Positions 28,520 to 38,836 of a DNA stretch of 64,000 nucleotides are shown one piece after another (the stretch's first letter is position 1; each line of letters starts with the position of its first letter). Source of the DNA: a virus; IMG/VR virus record IMGVR_UViG_3300028584_001238; one strand, 5' to 3'. A model generated the notes under the pieces. The model had not been told where the DNA came from. It did no database searches and was given only the letters and a program-made list of their open reading frames with translations. The translations under genes were made by a program, and so were the position numbers.

Positions 28520-29119
28520 TTAGGCAAGGTTATGATGGATGATGTAGCAAATCAACAGCAGTGAATTACGAAGACGGTCACTTTTACCACCGCCATAACT
28601 GGTGCGATACCGAAGACTGTCCAGCGAACGAACCTTCACATAGGCACCCACAATGTCAAAGCTGATATCCAGTGTAGACGTGTCTTCACCATCATTATCA
28701 TCTTGTAGGCGAGAGTAAACAAAACCATCCAGCACTTCTGGGTAATCTTGTTCTTCAACAATGGCATTGATGAGTTCAATTGGATTTTTCAAATCCACAC
28801 CACTGGAAATACGCCCCAACATGTTATCCATACCAATACCCCGAGCGGCGATTTTCAAGAAGCCGGTCAGTGTTGGATATTGCTCAAAGGAAAAGAACAT
28901 GTCTTGATAAATATCATTCATATTGCCATCGGTGTCACGAAGCGTTTTAATATCTGGATTCATGCAAGGCATCACATGAATATCGCAGTCATGAGCAATA
29001 CAGATAGCGAATTCTGAAATTTGGTCATTAGGGACGGTTGGGAATACGGAGAAATAATCAACGCCATCAAAACCAATATTGTAAAAGGAGTTGAGAAGTT
29101 TAACAATTTTTTCGTTCAT
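28520..29119 (-). CDS. hypothetical protein
   Basis: 199-aa ORF with promoter. Confidence 0.7.
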   Translation of the reverse strand: MNEKIVKLLNSFYNIGFDGVDYFSVFPTVPNDQISEFAICIAHDCDIHVMPCMNPDIKTLRDTDGNMNDIYQDMFFSFEQYPTLTGFLKIAARGIGMDNMLGRISSGVDLKNPIELINAIVEEQDYPEVLDGFVYSRLQDDNDGEDTSTLDISFDIVGAYVKVRSLDSLRYRTSYGGGKSDRLRNSLLLICYIIHHNLA

Positions 29120-29200
29120 GAGTAATAATCCCTTTGATTTTTTGATAAGGAATTATACCATAGTAGAATGAAAAAAGGAACCTTTCGGCTCCTTTTAAGG

Positions 29201-29539
29201 TTATTGATATTCGAATCGTTCACCATAATCACAAATTTTTGATTTGCCACGGTCGGAATAAATAAGTGGAATTTCATCAGGCAATAATTTACGCATGTCA
29301 GCGTCAAACGCTCCCTCAAAACCATCTGCAAGGATCTTATTCAAGTAGAAGTCGTGCTGAGTAGCGTTCGCAATTTCTTGCGAGATAACTGCAGCTTCTT
29401 CGGCCTTAAATTTAACGCCATCACGCCACATGGTAATCCAAGTAAATGAATCTTCTGAACTCCAATCAACTTCTAAATCATGTTTCAATGCGACTAAGGA
29501 AACAGCCGCTTTAATTTCTTTACACGTTAATTTACTCAT
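29201..29539 (-). CDS. hypothetical protein
   Basis: GAGGTG RBS before MSKLT. Confidence 0.7.
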   Translation of the reverse strand: MSKLTCKEIKAAVSLVALKHDLEVDWSSEDSFTWITMWRDGVKFKAEEAAVISQEIANATQHDFYLNKILADGFEGAFDADMRKLLPDEIPLIYSDRGKSKICDYGERFEYQ

Positions 29540-29577
29540 GAGATACACCTCAAAAAAGAGGAACCCGAAGGCTCCTA

Positions 29578-30663
29578 TCAGTTTAGTTCTGTGCCGCCTT
29601 TACGAGAAAGGTAAGCCGTCGAAACACTTTTCAATACAACACGTCCAATGGTAGAATCTCGACGTTGAACAAGTGGTTCAATTACAACACCCTCACGAAT
29701 GTGGGTTTCCTTACCTGAATACGTTTCAAAGCCATCAGTGTATTTCAACATGACTTCTTTGCTGAATGGCCCCTTGTAAAGCACAGGGACACGCTTCAAG
29801 TTAAACTCAGTCAACAAGGCTTCAAGTTCGTCATCATTAACCGGGAACACACCACTAGCATCAGTGCGGGAACCAAGAAAGACGTTGAACACACGGAAAT
29901 CAAACACACCATTATCCAAACCATACGTCAAATCTTGAACAGCACCAAATGTCTCACCTGAAATGTAAGCATTGGTTTTGTAGCGATCTGCAAGGATAGC
30001 TGTAATCTCGTAAAGATTGAACTTTTTAGCAACACGAATGTAAATGTTATGAGCATTTTGTTCGTTATCACGAAGCACCAAACCTTTGTTGAAGAAACCT
30101 TTGCTGCTCACAAATGAGCGACCATTAACCACATGTGGGATAGGATCTTTGCCATAAACGCTGCCAGCAATAGTGAATGTGCCATGAAGTTTTTCAGTCA
30201 TGGATACAAGCTCACCATCCACCAACACATCAGGGTAACGCTTGACGTTTTCAATGTCAAAGTGGAAAGTGTTTTCAATGCCCACGTTAGAAATCTCACC
30301 ATTCATGGAAGCTGGAATAGGAGCTTCATACTTGATGATACCCAATTCTTCGGCTTTATCGTCACCAATAGCCCAGCCATCACGGGCCTTGAAGCAAAGA
30401 CCTTGACTAAGAACACCACGAAGCATGGAAGGCTTCAAACGGTTTTTCTTGGAACCTGCCAATTTACCAAGGCAACCCACTTCTTCTTGAATGAAATCAG
30501 GAACAATGGCACCTTCTGGAATATAAACAGCCAAGTCACCTGTTTTCAGGTATCCTTTTTGGATAATCGAGAAGAAATCCCCGACGCGAGCCAGTTCAAT
30601 CGCATCAGCGTTAGGATGTGGCTCAACAATGACTGGAAGAACGGTCGCTTTAAACGTAGACAT
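29578..30663 (-). CDS. RNA ligase, DRB0094 family
   Basis: N-terminal HPNADAIE, motif I EKLHGT, GE, REGVV, LKSVS..YL. Confidence 0.9.
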   Translation of the reverse strand: MSTFKATVLPVIVEPHPNADAIELARVGDFFSIIQKGYLKTGDLAVYIPEGAIVPDFIQEEVGCLGKLAGSKKNRLKPSMLRGVLSQGLCFKARDGWAIGDDKAEELGIIKYEAPIPASMNGEISNVGIENTFHFDIENVKRYPDVLVDGELVSMTEKLHGTFTIAGSVYGKDPIPHVVNGRSFVSSKGFFNKGLVLRDNEQNAHNIYIRVAKKFNLYEITAILADRYKTNAYISGETFGAVQDLTYGLDNGVFDFRVFNVFLGSRTDASGVFPVNDDELEALLTEFNLKRVPVLYKGPFSKEVMLKYTDGFETYSGKETHIREGVVIEPLVQRRDSTIGRVVLKSVSTAYLSRKGGTELN

Positions 30664-30743
30664 TTTGTATAATCCTCTTTTATTTTCAATCTCGTAATTA
30701 TACTAAAGAAATCACTCCACGTCAAGAAAAAACGAGAAACGTG

Positions 30744-31367
30744 CTAGATTTTAACCATTTCAACCAGTTTCAAAACATTATCATCAATTTCATTCACTGG
30801 AATATTGAGAAATTTACCAATTTCATCAGCATAATATTCCAACATGGGTTCTCTGATTGATTCAAAATCTCGATAATAAACATCCACATTGAGATATTTA
30901 ATAGTTCCTTTCATTTCTGTATTTCTGTAAAATTTAGGCTGAACAGGTTCAGTATGAAAATTGACCTTGAGTCGTGTGGAGGTACCGATCAATTCTAATT
31001 GATAATAAGCTACATCATGAATACTGGTATACCCTTCTTTCAATACAATGTTTTGAATATTGTGAAGGATAAATTGATCAAAGAAGTTAGCGGCAAGAAA
31101 ACCCTCCAAACTATCTTCAATGACTTCACCCAAAAAATCAGTTAATCGTGTGACCAACTTTTTTACATGAAAATGTTTAAAAGGTTTCATTACAAGCGGG
31201 GTAACAAAATCAGCGTCCAGTTGAAAGAGCAGCACCGGATCAAAATTATGATTGTAGAAACTGAGAAGTTTTACGGCACAATAACGACCCACCATTATAT
31301 CGTGTTCCTTAGCGAACACAGTAAACAGTTCTTTAAAGCTATCTGTTTCAGCCGAATTGACATTCAT
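30744..31367 (-). CDS. hypothetical protein with shared C-terminal motif
   Basis: ends LKLVEMVKI. Confidence 0.75.
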   Translation of the reverse strand: MNVNSAETDSFKELFTVFAKEHDIMVGRYCAVKLLSFYNHNFDPVLLFQLDADFVTPLVMKPFKHFHVKKLVTRLTDFLGEVIEDSLEGFLAANFFDQFILHNIQNIVLKEGYTSIHDVAYYQLELIGTSTRLKVNFHTEPVQPKFYRNTEMKGTIKYLNVDVYYRDFESIREPMLEYYADEIGKFLNIPVNEIDDNVLKLVEMVKI

Positions 31368-31427
31368 ATATTGATCCGTAACTAAGTGTTGAAATTATAA
31401 AACCCCTGACCCAGCGAAACAGCTAGT

Positions 31428-31811
31428 TCAGTTATTTTTCAAATAAACATCACGACCAAACATAAAGTGATGATAATCACCCCAAGCAATGCCAAGATAT
31501 TCGTGAAGTTCCATATTTAATGAAGGTGTATTATGCCATAATTCGACTTTATCGTCAAGATGATTTACAGAAGTGATGCTATAGCCATGCTTAACCATAA
31601 CTTGATTAAATACACGATGATAGTCTTGCAGTTCTTCTTGGGTCAATTCACCAAAAGAATGCTGAATTGCGGTCAAAAGGGTATCATCACGAAATGTAAA
31701 CCAAGAAAAATCTTTGGATACTGAATGGGATTCAACCAGAGCAATAAACTTTTCAGTCATTGAACGTATAGCGTTAACAAAACTTTCATTGTCTTTCTGA
31801 GCTATTGTCAT
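31428..31811 (-). CDS. hypothetical protein
   Basis: GGAG RBS; LWH...ELHEYLG. Confidence 0.7.
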   Translation of the reverse strand: MTIAQKDNESFVNAIRSMTEKFIALVESHSVSKDFSWFTFRDDTLLTAIQHSFGELTQEELQDYHRVFNQVMVKHGYSITSVNHLDDKVELWHNTPSLNMELHEYLGIAWGDYHHFMFGRDVYLKNN

Positions 31812-31832
31812 ATGATGGCTCCCATAAGATGG

Positions 31833-32180
31833 TTAATTTTTGTGATTACCTAGAATTATATCAATTCTTTCTAGACTGGTTAATGTGGTATCTTCTAATT
31901 GCTTATCTCTGTCCGCGATTCGATCTTGCATTCTTTTGTCGGCTTCTTTACTTTCTAGACGAAATGAGTAAAAAATCATACCAAACCCGGCTGTAAAACC
32001 AATCAGTAATGGCATAAGGAATAAAGCGAACATGAGGATGTGAGAATCCCCTTCAAACGCTTTCCAAACCATAAACCGACCTGTGGAAAGCATGTAACTA
32101 TTCCAGAAGAAGAGTGAGAATGTCGCAGCTCCAAAGACACTGCATAATCCTGCTTTAAAGACTTGTTTTGAATTGATCAT
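31833..32180 (-). CDS. membrane protein (2 TM)
   Basis: hydrophobic segments. Confidence 0.65.
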   Translation of the reverse strand: MINSKQVFKAGLCSVFGAATFSLFFWNSYMLSTGRFMVWKAFEGDSHILMFALFLMPLLIGFTAGFGMIFYSFRLESKEADKRMQDRIADRDKQLEDTTLTSLERIDIILGNHKN

Positions 32181-32182
32181 AA

Positions 32183-32662
32183 TTAAGCCCAAAGAATATT
32201 TAAGTTTTTCTTGTATGCCTGATCAATGATTTCAAGCATATCACTGAGAGCACTCTGAATATAATCCATAGAGGCACCACCATCATAGAAGTTGCCATTT
32301 TGAGATGGCTCAACGGCATGGCCTTCGTTGACCTTATTCAAGGCCATAAAGACTTTCTTACGAAATACTTGAATATCAGCATGATTGATAGCATAGTAGC
32401 CACCATCGGCTTGTGTGGCAATACGAATATTACGATCTACGAGATCCAACACCAAGTAGAAATTAGCGTAGCTAAAATCACGACTTTGTTTGAAGTCAAT
32501 GACACGCTCCATCTGGTAATGGCGTTGAGTTTCTTCATCGAATGGGCAAAAACCTTCAAGCTTGAAATACTCTTCATCCAAATCTGGATAACGATCAGCC
32601 ATGAAAACCTTCTGCTGAGGGTAATCATCGTGATTGATTTGAGCTTGGAATGTAACACCCAT
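32183..32662 (-). CDS. hypothetical protein
   Basis: GAGG RBS and promoter. Confidence 0.7.
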   Translation of the reverse strand: MGVTFQAQINHDDYPQQKVFMADRYPDLDEEYFKLEGFCPFDEETQRHYQMERVIDFKQSRDFSYANFYLVLDLVDRNIRIATQADGGYYAINHADIQVFRKKVFMALNKVNEGHAVEPSQNGNFYDGGASMDYIQSALSDMLEIIDQAYKKNLNILWA

Positions 32663-32836
32663 GATAATGACCTCTTTAAATTAAGAAGGTCATTATATCA
32701 TGAAACAAGAAAAAATCAACCACTACAGTATGAATTCGCCTTTTTTTCGTGGCGTTCTGTTTTGCACGTTTGGCATTTGTTTTGTAGACGATGAACCACT
32801 CACACTTGTATAGTTTTCTAAATGATTAAAGATATA

Positions 32837-33166
32837 TTATTTTTTGAAAGAGTAAGCCGAAAAGCTGTCCCAATCACACGACGAACGTGTCAAAATGGAT
32901 TTAAATTGATGATAGGCACAAGAAGCGGCGTCACTCATGTGCAAGAAATTAAAACGGTGAGCTGCATAAATAGTAACAGGATAATGATATTCCGCACCAG
33001 TATGCAAATCAGTCTTTATAGAAGACACTCCATTTTTAAGCGTCATGTTTTTGTTCACATAAGGTAAAATGGCATCATTATTGGTTACTTTTTCAAATGT
33101 GTCATAAATACTGATACTATGTTCATATTCCACAACAATCACTTTTTTGAACAGAAAATTAATCAT
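32837..33166 (-). CDS. hypothetical protein
   Basis: GGAG RBS before MINFLF. Confidence 0.6.
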   Translation of the reverse strand: MINFLFKKVIVVEYEHSISIYDTFEKVTNNDAILPYVNKNMTLKNGVSSIKTDLHTGAEYHYPVTIYAAHRFNFLHMSDAASCAYHQFKSILTRSSCDWDSFSAYSFKK

Positions 33167-33215
33167 TAGGTGGATCTCCGAAAGAAAAGGATGACCGAAG
33201 CCATCCATGATATTG

Positions 33216-33650
33216 TTATTTCCTTGATTTCAGCTTGTTGTCGAGAACTTCTTTTTTATAATTGTTCAATCCTACCACAACCCAACTGATCTTGTCATCA
33301 ATTGCGGAAATAATTTTGTCAGCTTGATCGTTGTAGAACTCAACACATTCATCTTTGTTGTCAAAAACGTGAAGTGGTGTGCCCGCAAAACTACGATAGC
33401 CTGTATTGTCAAAAATACCAATCATTTTACTACTTGGCTCACCATTTTTACCAATAGGTCTGAAATGAGTTTCTGAATAATAGATTCTTTTATTGGTTGT
33501 ATTTTCTGCATTTGATACAATAAATACTTCTGTTGGCGGAACATGACGGATAGCTTTCTTATCCAAGTCAGGTTGACGATAATCACAAATCCAAACTTTT
33601 TGGCCGACATGCGGGCCTAATTCTTTTACAACTGTAATATCTAACTCCAT
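33216..33650 (-). CDS. hypothetical protein
   Basis: GAGGTG RBS before MELDIT. Confidence 0.7.
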   Translation of the reverse strand: MELDITVVKELGPHVGQKVWICDYRQPDLDKKAIRHVPPTEVFIVSNAENTTNKRIYYSETHFRPIGKNGEPSSKMIGIFDNTGYRSFAGTPLHVFDNKDECVEFYNDQADKIISAIDDKISWVVVGLNNYKKEVLDNKLKSRK

Positions 33651-33802
33651 AAAAATCACCTCTTCAAGAGCAAGTATTTTAACATATTTTAGAAATAAAA
33701 TCAATTAAATTATGTATTTTTGTCAATGTTTTTATGTTTTTTTGATGGACTAAAATTCTAAAATAAGGTATAATCAAAAGATATATAAATTGAGGATGTT
33801 AA

Positions 33803-34591
33803 ATGTATCTATCATTTCCAAATTACGATGAATTGTCAAACAACCCCAACCTTGCGAAAGACCAAGAAGGTAAAGTGTGGGAATTATTGTACGAAAAATT
33901 TGTAAAAATGAATAATAATCAAAATATCACAAACGAAGATATTCAAAGTAACCTTGGGATTTATGGAACAAATACAAAATTTTATAATACTAAGGATTAC
34001 TGTACAGTTAACTTTGCTGTTAATTTTTTCGATTGTTATATTGTAATACCTGTACATTTGTATTTTAATCAACATGGACAATATAATAGATGGCACTCAA
34101 CATATATGGGATCAAAAAATGATTTAAATTTAATGAATCTTTTAAATATTAATCATTTTAATGACGTTCTATCTAAATTAGAATTTTCATTAGATGATGA
34201 AAACAATAAAACGGTGTATGAAATTATCAAAGAAAATTACATTAAAACACCAGAATATCCAAAGATAAGAACTACTTTAAAATATCGTTTTGACACTGAA
34301 CATAAGGTTTATTTGCGTGGTTTTGAATCAAAAATAAACAACTCAAGTTCTAATTATTCAATGGAAGGTTTTGAGAAGTTTGAAACAGAACTCATGTTTT
34401 TAAAGTTCGTAAAACATGTCATAAATGAAAGAGACTCTGTTGATTCAGCCTTTATCAATTACAATGAAATAGATTTCACTCAATCAGAATGGATGCGGAA
34501 CGTGCATAAATACTTTTTCAGAAGCTTAACAGGTGACAAACGCATGGCATTCTTGGATTACATGAATGTAATAGACATGATAGCAATTTAA
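33803..34591 (+). CDS. hypothetical protein with shared C-terminal motif
   Basis: paralog of 34610; ends NVIDMIAI. Confidence 0.8.
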   Translation: MYLSFPNYDELSNNPNLAKDQEGKVWELLYEKFVKMNNNQNITNEDIQSNLGIYGTNTKFYNTKDYCTVNFAVNFFDCYIVIPVHLYFNQHGQYNRWHSTYMGSKNDLNLMNLLNINHFNDVLSKLEFSLDDENNKTVYEIIKENYIKTPEYPKIRTTLKYRFDTEHKVYLRGFESKINNSSSNYSMEGFEKFETELMFLKFVKHVINERDSVDSAFINYNEIDFTQSEWMRNVHKYFFRSLTGDKRMAFLDYMNVIDMIAI

Positions 34592-34609
34592 CAAAATACA
34601 AGGTGCCTG

Positions 34610-35419
34610 ATGAAATTATATTTTCCACATTTTAAAGATTTATCTATGAATAATAAGCTCAAAGACAAACACTTTGAAATTATTCGGGCCATGATGTGTG
34701 AAAAATTAATAGCGATTAACAATAATCCAAATTTAACGAAAGAGTTAATTGAAGAACATCTTGATTTAGTAAAAGATGAAACCTCTTTTGATGTATGTGG
34801 AAAATCAAATGATTGTATTCTCATTACCTTTAAATTTAACCTATTTGAATTGTTTGAATGCGAGTTTGATTTGCCTATTTACGTTTATTATAATGAAAAA
34901 GGTCAACAAACTCATTACAATGCTCTGTATAAGGGGGACTCACTAGATTCAACATTAATCCATTATCTGAACTTAAATCATTTCAACAAAGATAATAATG
35001 AATTAGAGTTTTATTTACAAAAAGATTTTTACGGATCAGCCTATGCTATAAAGCAGAAACACTGGGTGATCTTGTTGCATTTAAGAAAAATATCAAATAT
35101 GACATATTTCTTTGATAAAGATCATAAAATTTGCCGTAAGACCTTTGTATTGAAAAATATAGTTAAATCTAATAGTATAAGTTACTCACTCCACTCTAAT
35201 GGTGATGTTGAATCAGAAATGATGTTGTTAAGATTTACTAACCACATTATGAAAGTAAAAAAAGATGTGGATTCAAGTTTTTTCGATTACGAAAATTTTA
35301 ATTTAGACGACAACAATTGGTTAAAAATAGTTAACAAGTCATTTTATGATAATTTTAATGGTGATAACAAAGTCGCTTTTATGGATTACTTAAAACTGAT
35401 TGAAATGATCGAAATCTAA
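34610..35419 (+). CDS. hypothetical protein with shared C-terminal motif
   Basis: paralog of 33803; ends KLIEMIEI. Confidence 0.8.
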   Translation: MKLYFPHFKDLSMNNKLKDKHFEIIRAMMCEKLIAINNNPNLTKELIEEHLDLVKDETSFDVCGKSNDCILITFKFNLFELFECEFDLPIYVYYNEKGQQTHYNALYKGDSLDSTLIHYLNLNHFNKDNNELEFYLQKDFYGSAYAIKQKHWVILLHLRKISNMTYFFDKDHKICRKTFVLKNIVKSNSISYSLHSNGDVESEMMLLRFTNHIMKVKKDVDSSFFDYENFNLDDNNWLKIVNKSFYDNFNGDNKVAFMDYLKLIEMIEI

Positions 35420-35527
35420 CAAAACTGCATTATATTGCATAAAAGGATAAAAAAAAGCACCTAAATCTGCAATATAATGCCGATTAGGTGCCATCTTTTA
35501 ATATTAAGCAGTATTATATTGCCGATT

Positions 35528-36157
35528 TCAAATATCAATCATTCTCATCAATGTCACTTGATCTGCAGTAAAGATGTTTTTACTAAGATCATAACAATCC
35601 TCAAATGTAATATCTTCAACAAAAGGAAATTGTTTTTTAATCTCTTTAAAATTCATGTTTTGTCCACGACGCCTAGCCAACATGTCCATGACACGCCATT
35701 CACCTTTCTTACGCTTGTCATAGATAATGTGAGACATCTCAAAGCAACCATCATCTGAGGTGGCATACTGAAACGTCCAGAAATCACCATCACGACGATC
35801 TACAACAACAGGTTGCATAGGATTGTCACGAACAGCAATACCATTCACATACCAGCTTGTAGTATTTAAATTACCATTTTTAAGATAAAATAGAGAGCAT
35901 GGAAGATTAGCTAGTCTATGAAAAATATGATGTTTTTCTGGCTTAATCTGAAACCCTTTGAAGACAATGAGATCTCCACTCAATTGGAAATAAATCGTAT
36001 GTAAATCGTCCAGAACATAAATATATTCATTTCGATTCTCTGGTTTAATAATTACTCCTGATTGAACAAACTCGTTAACAGGCGTGATAAAACGACCAGT
36101 TTGCTCTACTGAGAACAAGCATTCTTTTAACTGGTCAATGGTATTGATTAATAGCAT
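35528..36157 (-). CDS. hypothetical protein with shared C-terminal motif
   Basis: ends TLMRMIDI. Confidence 0.75.
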   Translation of the reverse strand: MLLINTIDQLKECLFSVEQTGRFITPVNEFVQSGVIIKPENRNEYIYVLDDLHTIYFQLSGDLIVFKGFQIKPEKHHIFHRLANLPCSLFYLKNGNLNTTSWYVNGIAVRDNPMQPVVVDRRDGDFWTFQYATSDDGCFEMSHIIYDKRKKGEWRVMDMLARRRGQNMNFKEIKKQFPFVEDITFEDCYDLSKNIFTADQVTLMRMIDI

Positions 36158-36166
36158 GGTTATTCC

Positions 36167-36814
36167 TTAAATAAGAATCATATCAATAATAGGTAGATAA
36201 GATTTAATCAATTTGCTTTTGTTGGTAAGGTTTTCAATTGATCTAACTTTACCTCTCAAAGCAGATGCAATTTCTGGATAGTCTGCTGCCAGTTCGACCA
36301 ATGTTATTTCCCGCCCATTGCGTTTAAAGGTCATATCAATAAGGTATTGGGATTGATCAGTGACTCTAATTTGGCTCACATAGGTTTTATCATAAACATA
36401 GCGATACTTAGCAATAAAAGATCCATAATTGCGGACAACACTTTCAGGTTTATTTCCACGGTTATAAGTATAAAATTGTTTTTCTTCCCACTCGTGACTA
36501 CTTGAATCAAAACGAACAGATTGAATCACAAATTTTTTCAAATTAAGGATAGTTACATTATCAATGGCATATTTTTTCAATACAACAAAATGATCAATAA
36601 TTAAGAAGTAAACACGAAAACCTTCATGGACAAAAAAGAAAGCAATAGCATCTTTATGATAATTTTTCAAGTTAGCCAATAATTTATCACACTCATCATC
36701 AGTAGCAATAAAGTCACTGATAAGAATATCAGGATCAACAAAAACCGGAGCATTGTAGTCAAATGCCACCGATTTCAAATCATCTGGAGTAACAACTGTA
36801 ATTGATTTTCTCAT
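36167..36814 (-). CDS. hypothetical protein with shared C-terminal motif
   Basis: ends PIIDMILI. Confidence 0.75.
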   Translation of the reverse strand: MRKSITVVTPDDLKSVAFDYNAPVFVDPDILISDFIATDDECDKLLANLKNYHKDAIAFFFVHEGFRVYFLIIDHFVVLKKYAIDNVTILNLKKFVIQSVRFDSSSHEWEEKQFYTYNRGNKPESVVRNYGSFIAKYRYVYDKTYVSQIRVTDQSQYLIDMTFKRNGREITLVELAADYPEIASALRGKVRSIENLTNKSKLIKSYLPIIDMILI

Positions 36815-36871
36815 AAAAAAAAAGCCCTCTAATGGGCCTATTTTATCACAAATGAATAAACAAAGAAAGTA

Positions 36872-37303
36872 TTATTTAGTCAAATCAATTACCAAAGAGC
36901 CAAAAACCATAGCTTCCGGGGCATAAACGACTGTGACGTAAATAGTTTGATTACCACCAGTAGAGGCATGCCCAGTAGAGACTTCATTCAAGAAATCGTC
37001 AGTCATAATAGAGGCCAAAAAATTATCTACCTTATAATTTTTGACGTTATCATGACCAAATTTAATACTCTTAATAGCTTCTTTGTAGACCTCAACAATA
37101 TCACGATCACCCAAATCAAATGTTTTAGAAAAATCAGATGAACCATCGACGGCAAAATCATCATCCGTATCAATTTCAATCAAGAGTTGACGAACACCCA
37201 CAAGGCTTTGTGTCTTTTTGATTTCACCAAGAATAAGCTGGCTGCTCATATCAGTGTTCAGGATAAGGTCATTAATGAGTTTGGACGCTACAATATTATG
37301 CAT
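36872..37303 (-). CDS. hypothetical protein
   Basis: GGAG RBS before MHNIV. Confidence 0.7.
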   Translation of the reverse strand: MHNIVASKLINDLILNTDMSSQLILGEIKKTQSLVGVRQLLIEIDTDDDFAVDGSSDFSKTFDLGDRDIVEVYKEAIKSIKFGHDNVKNYKVDNFLASIMTDDFLNEVSTGHASTGGNQTIYVTVVYAPEAMVFGSLVIDLTK

Positions 37304-37403
37304 GGTGACACTCCGAATTAAGTAATGGTTTAGTATATCATGATAAGAAAATAAAGGCAAAAAAAAGATCAAGCGAACTTGACCTTTTCATTATTTTTAA
37401 GCT

Positions 37404-37739
37404 TTAAAGATATTTACGTTTTGTATCATAAGCCAACTGAGCAAACTCGTAAGCTTTTTTATCCGAGTTAAGGACAATAAAACCACGATGACGACGCAGT
37501 TTGGAGTAGGTGTCTTCTTCAATATAAGACCAGTTGAAGAAAGTGCAGTCCAGCCCTTTGTAAGTGCCAGCATAGATACCATCCGGTACTTCACGAAGAT
37601 CTACGGAAGCCGATGGAATATCAAATCCTACCATGTCTTCAAGTTCACCATGAAAATACCAACCCATTGCCGAAGCATAAAAACCTTCTGGTGGATTGTT
37701 CAGGTTGTCGAACTCAATTACCGCATTAACTTGTGACAT
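37404..37739 (-). CDS. hypothetical protein
   Basis: AAGG RBS before MSQVN. Confidence 0.7.
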   Translation of the reverse strand: MSQVNAVIEFDNLNNPPEGFYASAMGWYFHGELEDMVGFDIPSASVDLREVPDGIYAGTYKGLDCTFFNWSYIEEDTYSKLRRHRGFIVLNSDKKAYEFAQLAYDTKRKYL

Positions 37740-37767
37740 TGTAAATCCTTTTGGAAAATGAAGGGAA

Positions 37768-37893
37768 TTAACGCTTACGTGCTTTTTCGTGTTGCGACCA
37801 CATTTTTTCTTCTTGACGACGCTTGGTTTCAGCAACCTGTGCGTAGGCTTGTTCGATTTCTTGTTCTTTTTTTGCTGAATTTACTGTTGCCAT
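37768..37893 (-). CDS. small charged protein (41 aa)
   Basis: MATVNSAKKEQEIEQ...HEKARKR; TAAGG RBS and promoter. Confidence 0.55.
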   Translation of the reverse strand: MATVNSAKKEQEIEQAYAQVAETKRRQEEKMWSQHEKARKR

Positions 37894-38001
37894 GATTGTG
37901 TTTCCTTATTTAGTTAGTGTGAGGTTATTATATCAACGTTTTTATTTTAAAACAACTACTTTTTTAACATTTTTAAATTTATTTTTGAAATTTTTTTTTA
38001 A

Positions 38002-38304
38002 TTAACGATACATGTAAATCGCTGGGTAAGAGCCTTTGGTGTTACTACCGTGGATACCAGCATAATAAAGTTTTACTGCATCGGATAAGGCTGGAAAGTT
38101 TTTCAACTTGATGTAACTTTCAAGTTCACGACGAACCTCATCAAGCACATTACCATTGCTATCAAACAAGAGTTCAAACAACTCAACATGTCTTTCATTA
38201 TCACTACTGCGATAAGGATCAAAATATTCGATTCCAAACTCTTTAAGGTTAAAGTTACCTTTCTTGTTAAATACGCGGTCAAAACGAACAGTCATACGGC
38301 TCAT
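38002..38304 (-). CDS. hypothetical protein
   Basis: AAGG RBS. Confidence 0.7.
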   Translation of the reverse strand: MSRMTVRFDRVFNKKGNFNLKEFGIEYFDPYRSSDNERHVELFELLFDSNGNVLDEVRRELESYIKLKNFPALSDAVKLYYAGIHGSNTKGSYPAIYMYR

Positions 38305-38322
38305 AACCAGTTTCCTTATAGA

Positions 38323-38835
38323 TTAAAGATAGCGACTAAGATCAGCATCTTTTTTGATTTTAATGTAAGCGTAAGTCACACTATTGCCATAATAGTCATT
38401 ATGCCAATAAGTGTCATTCGCATGAATTTTAAGCATGTTGTCAACAAAAGCCTCAACATTTTCTACTTGTGGATAGTGTTCACGAATAAGCTCACGAATC
38501 TCGTAAAGTGGAACCTCAATGTCTACGTCAGTGGTAGACTTATGGCAATAACCACCGCATTCATCCCGATACGAATCGACAGGAGCCGTCTCAATGACTG
38601 GGTAATAAATCAACAAATAGTCTTCCACAATTTTATCGTGAAATTTAATTTTGTTAGCCACATGAACTTCTGCGTTGTAGGCGTCTTCTGGGGCATAATC
38701 CAGCATAGAACGAAGCTCAGGGAAAACTTCTTTAAGCATATAACTGATGTCTTCATGCAACAGCCCATTTTCAATTTGCCAAACGAAGGCTTCACCTTGA
38801 TCAGCATTGTGACCTGCAACGTAGTGGATAGACAT
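38323..38835 (-). CDS. acidic hypothetical protein
   Basis: start MSIHY; DYYGN motif as in 23233. Confidence 0.7.
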   Translation of the reverse strand: MSIHYVAGHNADQGEAFVWQIENGLLHEDISYMLKEVFPELRSMLDYAPEDAYNAEVHVANKIKFHDKIVEDYLLIYYPVIETAPVDSYRDECGGYCHKSTTDVDIEVPLYEIRELIREHYPQVENVEAFVDNMLKIHANDTYWHNDYYGNSVTYAYIKIKKDADLSRYL

Positions 38836-38836
38836 A

